Assembly (NCBI GenBank): GCA_038203565.1
Contig: JBBRDV010000006.1
Span: forward strand, 1-42,583
Length of the DNA: 42,583 bases
Origin: Atribacterota bacterium
GTDB lineage: Bacteria; Atribacterota; Phoenicimicrobiia; Phoenicimicrobiales; Phoenicimicrobiaceae
Reading direction: 5' to 3'
Shown: piece by piece, positions 28,573 to 39,571 of the stretch
Position numbering within the stretch: the stretch's first letter is position 1
Layout of the letters: every line of letters begins with the position of its first letter
The notes under the pieces: model-generated
Database searches by the model: none
Seen by the model: only the letters and a program-made list of their open reading frames with translations
Told to the model about the DNA's origin: nothing
Position numbers and translations under genes: made by a program

Positions 28573-29109
28573 TTATTTTTTCAGTAAAAACCATAAAATA
28601 ATCAAACCTGCTAAAATGAATATAAAGATAATAATATTGTTTTTAGTTTTTGTTTTCATCCTGATTCTCTTGATTTCTGATATGGGGGCTTTCCTATCAA
28701 TTTCAGTAACTCTTTTAAAATGTTTTACCGCTTCGTTAGTTCTTTTTGTTCTTTTGTAGGCTAAACCCAAATTACTATGAGCAGCGGCATAATCAGGATT
28801 TAACTCTAAGGCTTTTTTATATAACTCAATTGACTTTTCATATTCTTTTTCTTCTAAGCAAATATTTCCTAAATTATTATAAGGTTCAGGATATTTTAGA
28901 TTTAATGCTAAGGCTTTTTCAAGATACGATTTTGCTTTAATAAAATCTCTTAAGCTGGCATAACACACTCCTAATTTGTTATAACATCTGGGATCATCCG
29001 GCCATTTTTCTGAAACCGTTTTAAATTCTCTGATGGCTTGATTGAAATTACCTTTTTTTAGATAACCTTCAGCTTTCTCAAAATTAATTTTATATTCTTC
29101 CTTTTCCAT
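28573..29109 (-). CDS. TPR-repeat protein with C-terminal membrane anchor
   Basis: Repeated Y/H.NLG...A...KAL.L(N)P units; hydrophobic C-terminus IIIFIFILAGLIILWFLLKK. Start could be the TTG at 29124. Confidence 0.88.
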   Translation of the reverse strand: MEKEEYKINFEKAEGYLKKGNFNQAIREFKTVSEKWPDDPRCYNKLGVCYASLRDFIKAKSYLEKALALNLKYPEPYNNLGNICLEEKEYEKSIELYKKALELNPDYAAAHSNLGLAYKRTKRTNEAVKHFKRVTEIDRKAPISEIKRIRMKTKTKNNIIIFIFILAGLIILWFLLKK

Positions 29110-29145
29110 AAATCCATTCTCCAAAGTAAAGTAACTATACTACTC

Positions 29146-30651
<1,506 letters not shown>

Positions 30652-30763
30652 TTAGTTTATTGGTTAATTAGTTGAAAACAATCGAAGAGATAGAGAACCA
30701 ACTAACTAAATAATTAAATAATTAAGTAACTAATTACGCCACCCGTTCTATGCTATTTTTATA

Positions 30764-30792
30764 ATATTACCCCTCTTCAATATCCTTGTCAA
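30764..30792 (-). promoter_or_regulatory. Sigma70/SigA-type promoter for guaB
   Basis: TTGACA-17 bp-TAATAT. Confidence 0.7.
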
Positions 30793-31081
30793 TTAATGTA
30801 TCCTTATCTTCCTCTAGCTACCCCACTAAAGTTTACACTAACATCCTTATCTGTATTCGTATAATTCTTCCTTGAGCCTTTACTTTTTCTTTACTCAATA
30901 CTCGGTACACTATACTCGATACTTTTTTTTCTCCCCCTTACTTTTTTATAAAATATACTACAATAAAAAAGATTTTATATCTAATTTTTTTTTGTGGTAT
31001 AATAAAAAACACCCTTGAATAAAATAATAAATTACCAAATAGTTTATTAAAAAATTTATATTGTATTAATTAGGAGTAAAA

Positions 31082-32014
31082 ATGAATAATACAACTGATA
31101 ACCCCCCGAAAAAAAATTTAGTTAAAGAGATATTGGCTTGGAAGAAAAAGAGAGAAGCCGTAATTTTAGCTCATGTTTATCAACCTGGCGAAATTCAAGA
31201 TATTGCTGATTTTACAGGTGATTCGCTCTTTCTCAGCCAGCAAGCAGCTAAGACTCAAGCAAAAGTTATCGTATTTTGCGGAGTTCAGTTTATGGCTGAA
31301 ACTGCATCTATTCTCTCTCCAGAAAAAATTGTTCTGCTTCCTGAAATTAAAGCCGGATGCCCTCTGGCTGATATGGCACCAGCCGAGAAAGTAAAAAGTA
31401 AAATAAAAGAACTACCCAAAGCAGTAGTAATTTCATATGTAAATTCATCGGCAGTTGTAAAATCTTTAAGTGACTACTGTTGCACTTCTGCTAATGCTGT
31501 CCAAATTGCTCAGTCAATTCCTGCTGAAAAAGAAATTTTATTTCTTCCCGATATGAATTTAGCTGACTTTACTGCAAAGAAAGCAAAACGAAAAATCATC
31601 CCCTGGCCAGGTTTCTGCCCTACTCATCATCTCTTAACTAGAGAAGATGTAATTAAAGCTAAAATACTTCATCCTCAAGCTTTACTTTTAGTACATCCTG
31701 AATGCCGCCCTGAAGTATGTGATTTGGCTGATTATATTGGCAGTACCAGAGGAATTATTGAGTTTGCCAGCAATAATCAAGCTAAAGAATATATCATTGG
31801 TACAGAACTGGGAATATTCCACCCTTTAAAAAAGAATAACCCAAATAAAAAATTTTTCCCAGCCTCTGAAAATATGATCTGTCGGAATATGAAACTTATC
31901 ACTTTAGAAAAAGTTCTCTATTCTCTACAAAACTTAGAACCTCGAATTACAGTACCAAAGGAGATAAGCAAAAAATCTCTAAAAGCACTAAATAGAATGT
32001 TAAAAACTATCTAA
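31082..32014 (+). CDS. nadA: Quinolinate synthase
   Basis: LAHVYQ, GDS, FMAETA, AGCPLA, HPEC, ICRNMK. Confidence 0.97.
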   Translation: MNNTTDNPPKKNLVKEILAWKKKREAVILAHVYQPGEIQDIADFTGDSLFLSQQAAKTQAKVIVFCGVQFMAETASILSPEKIVLLPEIKAGCPLADMAPAEKVKSKIKELPKAVVISYVNSSAVVKSLSDYCCTSANAVQIAQSIPAEKEILFLPDMNLADFTAKKAKRKIIPWPGFCPTHHLLTREDVIKAKILHPQALLLVHPECRPEVCDLADYIGSTRGIIEFASNNQAKEYIIGTELGIFHPLKKNNPNKKFFPASENMICRNMKLITLEKVLYSLQNLEPRITVPKEISKKSLKALNRMLKTI

Positions 32015-32037
32015 ACTTCTGGAAAGGATTAGAATAA

Positions 32038-33624
32038 ATGTTGCCACATTATTTAATTAATTTTGATCTTTGTAAACTTAAAAAAATTTATACTGATTTT
32101 TTAATAGTAGGTACTGGAATTGCTGGTCTATATACCTCACTTAAAATTTACGATAAAGGAGAAGTTGTTCTACTTACTAAAAGCAAAATAAAAGAAAGTA
32201 ATACAGAATATGCTCAAGGAGGTATAGCTGTAGCTTTAGGTGACGAAGATTCTCCTCGTTTACATCTGGAAGACACTATAAAAGCCGGAGCGAATTTTTG
32301 TGATCTAGAAGCCGTAAAGGTATTAGTGACTGAAGGTCCAAAATGTGTGGAGGAACTAATAGAATGGGGTACTAAATTTGATAAAATCAAGGGTAAATAC
32401 GATACTACTTTAGAGGCAGCTCATCAAAGACCCCGAATCTTACACGCCCAGGGTGATGCCACCGGAGCAGAAATTGAGGAGTCTCTTTCTCAAAAAGTAA
32501 TTAAAGAAAATAGAATAAAAATTAAAGAAAATATTTTAGTGTTAGATATATTAGTTGATCATTACATATGCTATGGTTTATTAACTTTGAATACTATTAC
32601 TAAAGAGATTATTGCCTATTTAGCAAAATCAACCATTTTAGCCAGTGGTGGAGCAGGACAACTTTTTAGTAATACTACTAATCCTGATGTTGCCACAGGA
32701 GATGGAATTTCTATAGCTTATAGAGGAGGAGCAAAAGTTACCGATTTAGAATTTATTCAGTTTCATCCTACTGCTCTCTATCACCAGGGAAGTCCTAAAT
32801 TTCTAATCTCTGAAGCAGTTCGGGGCGAAGGAGCAGTATTAAAAAATATCAAAGGTGAACTCTTTATGCACTCTTATCATCCTCTGGCTGAATTAGCTCC
32901 CAGAGATATAGTTGCCCGGGCAATTACTGACCAGATGAAAAAGACTAAAAGTAACTATGTTTTTTTAGATGCTACTAAGATAAAAGATAAATTTTCCCAA
33001 CGCTTCCCCACTATTTATAAGAACTGTTTTTCGCTGGGTATTAATCCTGAAAAAGAATTTATTCCAGTAGCTCCAGCAGCTCATTATACTATGGGAGGCA
33101 TAAAAACCGATACCTGGGGACAAACTAATTTAGCTAATCTTTATGCCTGTGGAGAGTGTGCTTCTACAGGAGTACATGGTGCAAATCGATTAGCCAGTAA
33201 TTCACTTTTGGAAGGATTAGTCTTTGGTAATAGAATCGCTCAGAAAATTAAAGAAAACAAATCGCTTTTTTCTCAAAAAATAGACGGAGAAATAAATATT
33301 TCTTATAATATTCCACGAAAAAAAATTCGAGAATTCGACCCGAAACAAATAAAAAAAGAATTACAAAAACTTATGTGGGATAAAGTGGGAATTATTAGAA
33401 CCGCTTCAAGCTTAACCAAAGCACAACAAAAAATTAACCAGTGGAAATATTTATTGGAATTGGAATTAAAAACTGCTGAAGAATTTGAATTGGTAAATCT
33501 TATCATCTTAGCTAACTTAGTTATCTTATCAGCTTTAAATCGGGAAGAAAGCCGAGGAGCACATTTCCGCAAAGATTTTCCCGATAGAGATGATATAAAC
33601 TGGAAGAAACATATTGTATATTGA
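32038..33624 (+). CDS. nadB: L-aspartate oxidase
   Basis: AQGGIA, QFHPT, LISEAVRGEG, HGANRLASNSLLE. Confidence 0.97.
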   Translation: MLPHYLINFDLCKLKKIYTDFLIVGTGIAGLYTSLKIYDKGEVVLLTKSKIKESNTEYAQGGIAVALGDEDSPRLHLEDTIKAGANFCDLEAVKVLVTEGPKCVEELIEWGTKFDKIKGKYDTTLEAAHQRPRILHAQGDATGAEIEESLSQKVIKENRIKIKENILVLDILVDHYICYGLLTLNTITKEIIAYLAKSTILASGGAGQLFSNTTNPDVATGDGISIAYRGGAKVTDLEFIQFHPTALYHQGSPKFLISEAVRGEGAVLKNIKGELFMHSYHPLAELAPRDIVARAITDQMKKTKSNYVFLDATKIKDKFSQRFPTIYKNCFSLGINPEKEFIPVAPAAHYTMGGIKTDTWGQTNLANLYACGECASTGVHGANRLASNSLLEGLVFGNRIAQKIKENKSLFSQKIDGEINISYNIPRKKIREFDPKQIKKELQKLMWDKVGIIRTASSLTKAQQKINQWKYLLELELKTAEEFELVNLIILANLVILSALNREESRGAHFRKDFPDRDDINWKKHIVY

Positions 33625-33665
33625 CTTGGCTAGCTAGTTAACTAAAACAAAGAGGTGTGTAAAAG

Positions 33666-34511
33666 ATGGACTTTTCAATAAAAGAAAATATCCTGATAGA
33701 TAAAATAATAGAACAGGCTTTATTAGAAGATATTGGAACCGGAGATATTACCACCGAATATATTATTCCTTCCAATTTAAAAGCCAAAGGAATAATTAAA
33801 ACCTCTGAGGAAGGTGTAGTTGCCGGTTTAAATATTATCTGCCTGGTATTTAAAAAATTAGATTCTAAAATTTGCTTCCAATCTAAAATAAAAGATGGTA
33901 ACAAAATTTTATCGGGTGAAATTTTGGCAGAAATTACTGGTTCTGCCCGGATTATTCTAAAAGGAGAAAGGGTTGCCTTAAATTTCCTTCAGCGAATGTC
34001 CGGTATAGCCACCTTTACCTCTAAATTCTGTCAAGAAGTAAAAGATTTTCCGGTTCGAATAGTTGATACACGTAAAACTACTCCTGGATTACGAATATTA
34101 GAAAAATATGCTGTCCGCATGGGGGGAGGATATAATCACCGCTTCGGATTATATGATGCTGTATTAATTAAGGATAATCATATAGCATTAGCAGGAGGAA
34201 TCAAATCAGCAGTAAATTCTGTCCGAAAACAAATCTCCCATACAGTAAAGATTGAAGTCGAAGTAGAAAACTTATCTCAACTTCAAGATGCTTTAAAGGT
34301 GCAAGTTGATATAATTATGTTAGATAACATGGATTTAGAAACTATGAAAGAAGCCGTAAAAATGGTTAAAGGTAAAGCCTTAATTGAGGCATCAGGAGGA
34401 ATTACTTTGGAAAAAGTGCGGAAAATTGCTCAAACTGGAGTAGATTTAATCTCCATTGGTTCCCTCACTCATTCAGTAAAATCATTGGATATTAGTATGG
34501 AAATTACATAG
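33666..34511 (+). CDS. nadC: Nicotinate-nucleotide diphosphorylase (carboxylating)
   Basis: GDITT, DTRKTTPG, LIKDNH, EASGG. Confidence 0.97.
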   Translation: MDFSIKENILIDKIIEQALLEDIGTGDITTEYIIPSNLKAKGIIKTSEEGVVAGLNIICLVFKKLDSKICFQSKIKDGNKILSGEILAEITGSARIILKGERVALNFLQRMSGIATFTSKFCQEVKDFPVRIVDTRKTTPGLRILEKYAVRMGGGYNHRFGLYDAVLIKDNHIALAGGIKSAVNSVRKQISHTVKIEVEVENLSQLQDALKVQVDIIMLDNMDLETMKEAVKMVKGKALIEASGGITLEKVRKIAQTGVDLISIGSLTHSVKSLDISMEIT

Positions 34512-34526
34512 TCGTTAGTGAATAGT

Positions 34527-35294
34527 TTATTTATTCATCTCATATATCATACGCAATCCTTGTAAGGTTAAAAAGGGATTGATTTTATCGATTAGCTTAC
34601 TTTCGTTTCCTATTAATTCCGCCTGGCCGCCGGTAGCTACTACTACAGAATCTTCCCCTAACTCTCTCTTAAACCGTCTAATTAATTCATTAGTTAACCC
34701 CAAATAGCCAAAGAACATTCCTGATTGCATTGCGGTAATAGTATTGCTACCTATAGAATGTTTGGGTTTTATTAATTCTATTTTGGGCAGCTTGGCCGTC
34801 TTTTCAAACAGAGCTTCTGCTGAAATTTCTATTCCGGGAGTAATCGCCCCACCCAGATAAGCCCCCTCCTTATTAACTGCACAAAATGTAGTGGCCGTTC
34901 CAAAATCTACAATTATTACCGGCCCTCCGTATAATTTATAAGCAGCAATGGCATTGACAATTCTATCTGCCCCCACTTCCTTGGGATTATCTATCTTAAT
35001 ATAAATTTCAGTCTTTATTCCCGGTCCTACAATAATTGGAGATACTTTAAAATAATCCACGGACATCTTTTTTAATATCCAGGTTACCGGAGGGATAACA
35101 CAGGAAATAACTACTGATTTAATATCTGAAAAGGTTAAATTAGCATCGAAAAGCAAACTCTTAACTAACATTCCATACTCATCCTCTGTCTTATTCAGAT
35201 CAGTAGAAATTCTCCAATGGCCTAATAATTTCTCTTCTTTATATACCCCTATTACCGAATGGGTATTACCTACATCAATGACTAAAATCATCAT
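34527..35294 (-). CDS. coaX: Type III pantothenate kinase
   Basis: IDVGNT, GADR, VDFGTATT, GGAITPG. Confidence 0.96.
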   Translation of the reverse strand: MMILVIDVGNTHSVIGVYKEEKLLGHWRISTDLNKTEDEYGMLVKSLLFDANLTFSDIKSVVISCVIPPVTWILKKMSVDYFKVSPIIVGPGIKTEIYIKIDNPKEVGADRIVNAIAAYKLYGGPVIIVDFGTATTFCAVNKEGAYLGGAITPGIEISAEALFEKTAKLPKIELIKPKHSIGSNTITAMQSGMFFGYLGLTNELIRRFKRELGEDSVVVATGGQAELIGNESKLIDKINPFLTLQGLRMIYEMNK

Positions 35295-35371
35295 ATCCCC
35301 TCCTTTTTGAATTATATACCTCTTTGTCCTTCCCGCCTGATTCCGCTTAAAATTTTGTAAGCTTAAACAAT

Positions 35372-35411
35372 AAAAATAGAGTAGAGGAATACGGAAGCTC
35401 CCCTACTCTAT
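35372..35411 (-). terminator. Rho-independent terminator after panT
   Basis: ATAGAGTAGGGGA...TCCTCTACTCTAT followed by TTTT. Confidence 0.8.
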
Positions 35412-35418
35412 AACTTTC

Positions 35419-35946
35419 CTAATAACCAGCTCTTTTTAAAGCTTTAACTAATATAAATACCAATAATATTGCTACTACCACTTCCGGAGTACCATGAATT
35501 ACTGCAATGCTGGCACTTACTTTTACCGGAAGATATCCTCTTAAGGTAGCTAATCCCAAAACTCCGATGGTGTTAGTAAGAGTTCCCAAAGCCGCCGCAA
35601 TAGCACTGTTCTTCCATAAATATTTATAAGAATAATAAGCCGCTACTCCGATAAATATTCTAGGTAAAATAGCGATTAGAGGGTCAGCAAACATGGGGTT
35701 AGTGGCATTTAAAAAACTGTAAACTCCGAAGATTAATCCTACTAATGCACCTACTATTGGACCTTCGAGTATCCCACCTAAAATGGCTGGAATATGCATA
35801 ATGGTAGCATGACCGGCCGGGGTAGGAACAGGGATAAACCCCAACCTAGTGACTCCTAAGATGATAGCAATTGCCCCTAGCATGCCGGAGATAGCCAATT
35901 GTCGGGTAGTAAGTTTAAATCCTGATAAAGCAGAATCTCTATTCAT
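35419..35946 (-). CDS. panT: Pantothenate ECF transporter S component
   Basis: LGFIPVP, TIMHIP, LEGP..G, ILPRI, TNT.GVL; adjacent to coaX. ATG at 35946 after GGAGGTG. Confidence 0.88.
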   Translation of the reverse strand: MNRDSALSGFKLTTRQLAISGMLGAIAIILGVTRLGFIPVPTPAGHATIMHIPAILGGILEGPIVGALVGLIFGVYSFLNATNPMFADPLIAILPRIFIGVAAYYSYKYLWKNSAIAAALGTLTNTIGVLGLATLRGYLPVKVSASIAVIHGTPEVVVAILLVFILVKALKRAGY

Positions 35947-35954
35947 TTTTTTCA

Positions 35955-36044
35955 CCTCCGTTCTAGTTCCCTCATAAGATACTAGACGAAATACTATTAA
36001 TTTTATTTACTCTTGGTCTTGTTCTCATGCAAGATACAAGCTCT
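35955..36044 (-). ncRNA. pan RNA motif (two bulged hairpins) in the panT leader
   Basis: CTTGTATC...GAACAAG and CGTCTAGTATC...GAACTAGAACG; the second hairpin abuts or overlaps the SD. Confidence 0.7.
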
Positions 36045-36072
36045 CGGGTAAAGGCGTATCCTTTACACCCAT

Positions 36073-36101
36073 AGTGTAAGATACTTTAATAATTATGTCA
36101 A
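36073..36101 (-). promoter_or_regulatory. Sigma70/SigA-type promoter for panT
   Basis: TTGACA-17 bp-TACACT. Confidence 0.7.
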
Positions 36102-36152
36102 GTCAAAAAGTTAACCAAAGGTGCCAGGCACCTTTGGTTAACTTTTTGACTT
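36100..36152. repeat. Perfect inverted repeat (26-bp arms, 1-nt spacer)
   Basis: AAGTCAAAAAGTTAACCAAAGGTGCC-A-GGCACCTTTGGTTAACTTTTTGACTT. Confidence 0.95.
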
Positions 36153-37479
36153 ACAAATTTATTTGGTATTCTTTGATTTTATTCTGCAGGCTTCTTCGGC
36201 TTATTCCTAAAATCTCTGCTGTTTTAGTGCGATTTGCATTATTCTGAATCAAATATTTAATAATTAATTCTTTTTCTACATCTTTTAAAGTCCCTTTTTT
36301 TTCAATGTCTGTTTCTTTGTTTATAAAATTAAAATATTTTTCATCGATTATTTCGTCTTTTGCCATAATCATACTTCGCTCAATAATATTTTCTAACTCT
36401 CTTATATTTCCGAGGTAATTATAATCCAGCAGTAATTCCATAGCTTTTGCAGAAACTTTTTCAACTTTTTTATTTAATATTTTATTATATTTAGCGATAA
36501 GATGCTCCACAATTAAAGGTATGTCCTCTTTCCTTTCCCTTAAAGGAGGAACATCCACACTAAAAACATTTAGTCGATAAAATAAATCCTCTCTAAACCT
36601 TCTTTCTTCTACTTCTTTTTTTAAATCTTTATTGGTAGCAGATAATATTCTTACATCAACTTTAATGCTCCTTGAACTTCCTACCCTTTCAAACTCCCTT
36701 TCCTGTAAAACTCTAAGTAATTTTGTTTGTATAGAGGGGTCTACCTCTCCTATTTCGTCTAAAAAAATAGTTCCTCCATTTGCCATTTCGAAACGACCTA
36801 TCCTCTTGGCAATAGCTCCGGTAAAAGAACCTTTTTCATGTCCAAAGAGTTCGCTCTCTAAAAGGTTTAAAGAGAAAGCTGCGCAATTTACCACTACAAA
36901 TGGGCCATTTTTACGCAGACTGTTTTTGTGTATTGCTCGGGCTATCAATTCTTTTCCGGTACCACTTTCTCCGGTAATGAGCACAGTAGCAGTAGTGGGA
37001 GATACGTTCTTCACCATTTCTAAAACTTTATTTATAGGATTACTCTTTCCTATTATTTCATCAAAATTGAATCTCTTCTCTTCTTCCTCTCGATAGTAGA
37101 TGTTTTCCACTTCTAATTCATATTGCTTAATTGCTCTATTAATTATAATTTTTAGTTCTTCAATATCGAAAGGTTTTATTAAATAATCCAAAGCCCCTAA
37201 TTTCATTGCTTCCACAGCTTCGAAAATACTCCCATAAGCAGACATCATAATAACCGGTAGACTTAAATCATTTTCCCTTATCTTCTTTAATATTTCTATA
37301 CCATTTAAACCGGGTATTTTAAGATCTAATAATACTAAACTATAATTTTCTTCCTGTAATCTCTTTAGAGCCTCTAAGCCATTGTCAGCTTCTTTCACTA
37401 TAAATCCCTCCGGAGATAATACCCGGGTTAACATTTTTCTTATATTTTGCTCATCATCGATTACTAATATTTTCCGCAA
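36151..37479 (-). CDS. Sigma54-dependent response regulator (NtrC/ZraR/AtoC family)
   Basis: Receiver domain, GESGTGKE, ESELFGHEKGSFTGA, Fis-type HTH. Confidence 0.95.
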   Translation of the reverse strand: MRKILVIDDEQNIRKMLTRVLSPEGFIVKEADNGLEALKRLQEENYSLVLLDLKIPGLNGIEILKKIRENDLSLPVIMMSAYGSIFEAVEAMKLGALDYLIKPFDIEELKIIINRAIKQYELEVENIYYREEEEKRFNFDEIIGKSNPINKVLEMVKNVSPTTATVLITGESGTGKELIARAIHKNSLRKNGPFVVVNCAAFSLNLLESELFGHEKGSFTGAIAKRIGRFEMANGGTIFLDEIGEVDPSIQTKLLRVLQEREFERVGSSRSIKVDVRILSATNKDLKKEVEERRFREDLFYRLNVFSVDVPPLRERKEDIPLIVEHLIAKYNKILNKKVEKVSAKAMELLLDYNYLGNIRELENIIERSMIMAKDEIIDEKYFNFINKETDIEKKGTLKDVEKELIIKYLIQNNANRTKTAEILGISRRSLQNKIKEYQINL

Positions 37480-37481
37480 AA

Positions 37482-39185
37482 TTACTTCCCTCCTTTTTGA
37501 GGTAGAAAAATAACAAACTTTGTTCCTTCCCCTTCTTTGGATTCAACTTTAATTTCTCCCTGATGAGCCTCTACCAGCTTATACACTATAGAAAGACCCA
37601 ATCCGGAACCCTCATCTTTGGTGCTAAAGAAGGGGTCAAATATTTGAGTAAAATCTTTTTCAGGAATACCAATTCCGCTATCTTCAATAATTAATTTTAT
37701 AGCTGGTTTTCCCTTTAAAAGGGTTTTTTCAGTTTTAATTTTGATTTCCCCTTTTTTGGGGATAGCCTGAATAGCATTAATAATTACATTCATTAAAATC
37801 TGCTTTACCTGATCTTCATCAGCTTGAATTTTAGAAATATCCGGGGAAAGTTCCGGACTAAATTTAATCTGCTTATCTTTTGTCTCTAATTTAAACAATT
37901 CAGTAATCTTTCCTATTAAATCATTTAAAGAAAAATGGGTTAAGTTTGGTTTTTGCAATTTGGCAAAATCTAAAACCTGAACCACTAATTTATTTAATCT
38001 ATCTACTTCCTGAATAATGGCATTTAAGTCTTCTTTTCTTTCATCGGTCTTAGAGAATGAATTATAAACAAACTGTGCTAACCCTCTGATTGAACTTAAA
38101 GGATTCCTGATTTCATGGGCAATCCCGGCAGATAATTTACCCAGAGCAGCTAATCTTTTATGACGTGCCACCTCTTCATTGAGGTCCTTGATCTCGGTTA
38201 CGTCTCTTATCACCGCTACCACACCGGTTATTTCTCCGGATTCATCTGCTAAAAATGAGGTGTTCAGGTCTAATATTTTTTTCTTTAATCCCTTTTCTTC
38301 TAAAATTATTTCCTGAGAAATATTCTTCTTCTCTAAAAGACACTTTTTAAAGATAGATTCCCCTAAAATATTTAAATTCAAAACTTCCTGACAATCTTTG
38401 TTTAATACTTCTTCCTTCTTTTTATCAAAAATTTCTTCACTCTTACGGTTAAAAGTTTTAACGTTACCTTTATTATCTACCGAAATTACCGCATTATCCA
38501 TAGTCTCTAATAATTTTGAAGTATATACTTTCATTTCATTCAAGGTCTTTTTTACGATATAGTTCTCTTGTAATTTAAAAATTACATAAATCCCAAATAA
38601 CACAAGGGCCATTATAATGCTATAATTTAAAATTATTCTTTTTCTGGTCTGGCCCAAGCGGCTGTAATATCCTTCTAAGTTTATCCCAATCACTAAATAA
38701 CTATTTCTAATAGGTAATATTTTCCAAATATCTAACTGTTGATTAATACCAAGATTGAATGGTTTTATTACTTGAAGTATTCTACTACCTTTTTTGTCTT
38801 CAGTATTTATAAAATTGATTTTGCCTGGTGTAGGGATTTTTATGACATTTTGCCCTTTTTCTTCTTCAGTACTGATTAAAATTTCCCCTTTATCGTTACA
38901 AATATCGATATAGCTTACCCCGTCTTTTTTTAAAAGTACTAAAATATCTTTTAAAGTATTTTCATTTAAGATAAACCGGGGGCCAAGAGTTTGGATAGAA
39001 AAGGCAATATTTAATCCTTCCGAACGGGCTAATTCCCATAAATAATATCTTTCTCTTTGTACTTCTTTATAGGTCATAAAACCCAGCAATAGGGTAAGAA
39101 GCAAGATAATAATTAAAGCTAATATAATATTTTTTTCCCGAAAAGGTAATGATTTAGATAATTTTTGATTTTTCTCTTTTTTCAA
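37482..39185 (-). CDS. Membrane sensor histidine kinase with PAS domain (ZraS-like)
   Basis: Two TM segments, PAS, AHEIRNPL, DSGIGI, GSGLGL. Confidence 0.95.
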   Translation of the reverse strand: MKKEKNQKLSKSLPFREKNIILALIIILLLTLLLGFMTYKEVQRERYYLWELARSEGLNIAFSIQTLGPRFILNENTLKDILVLLKKDGVSYIDICNDKGEILISTEEEKGQNVIKIPTPGKINFINTEDKKGSRILQVIKPFNLGINQQLDIWKILPIRNSYLVIGINLEGYYSRLGQTRKRIILNYSIIMALVLFGIYVIFKLQENYIVKKTLNEMKVYTSKLLETMDNAVISVDNKGNVKTFNRKSEEIFDKKKEEVLNKDCQEVLNLNILGESIFKKCLLEKKNISQEIILEEKGLKKKILDLNTSFLADESGEITGVVAVIRDVTEIKDLNEEVARHKRLAALGKLSAGIAHEIRNPLSSIRGLAQFVYNSFSKTDERKEDLNAIIQEVDRLNKLVVQVLDFAKLQKPNLTHFSLNDLIGKITELFKLETKDKQIKFSPELSPDISKIQADEDQVKQILMNVIINAIQAIPKKGEIKIKTEKTLLKGKPAIKLIIEDSGIGIPEKDFTQIFDPFFSTKDEGSGLGLSIVYKLVEAHQGEIKVESKEGEGTKFVIFLPQKGGK

Positions 39186-39320
39186 TTTTATAGACCGTCT
39201 TATTCTTTAAATATTTCTAATATTTTACCATATTTTAAAATTAATTTTGAAAAAGCTGAAAAACAGTATCGAGCATCGAGTATATAGTATCAAGTTAAGA
39301 AAGAGAAAGAAAAGATAGAA

Positions 39321-39479
39321 GATGAATCAAACCCATATATTATACATTGACAGGCAGGACTATTCCTTGTTTTCACAAGGATAGACTCTGTGAAAACGGG
39401 AAATATATGTCCTACGACCAGTAGGTTTGATGAATTAAATATTTACAAATTTACGGGCAGACACAAGGTCTGCCCCTAC
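39321..39479. repeat. Cluster of REP-like hairpins
   Basis: GTAGGGGCAGACCTTGTGTCTGCCCG (minus strand, 39454-39479), a GTAGG-headed hairpin at 39421-39446, a nested GTTTTCACA...TGTGAAAAC stem, and a partial copy of the 12625 element. Confidence 0.7.
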
Positions 39480-39571
39480 GCTTGATTTTGTTCTCTTTTT
39501 TTCCTAAGTCTTTATCATTATGCTATATCCCTAACTCGATACGCGATACTCGATACGGAATTGCTAATTGC

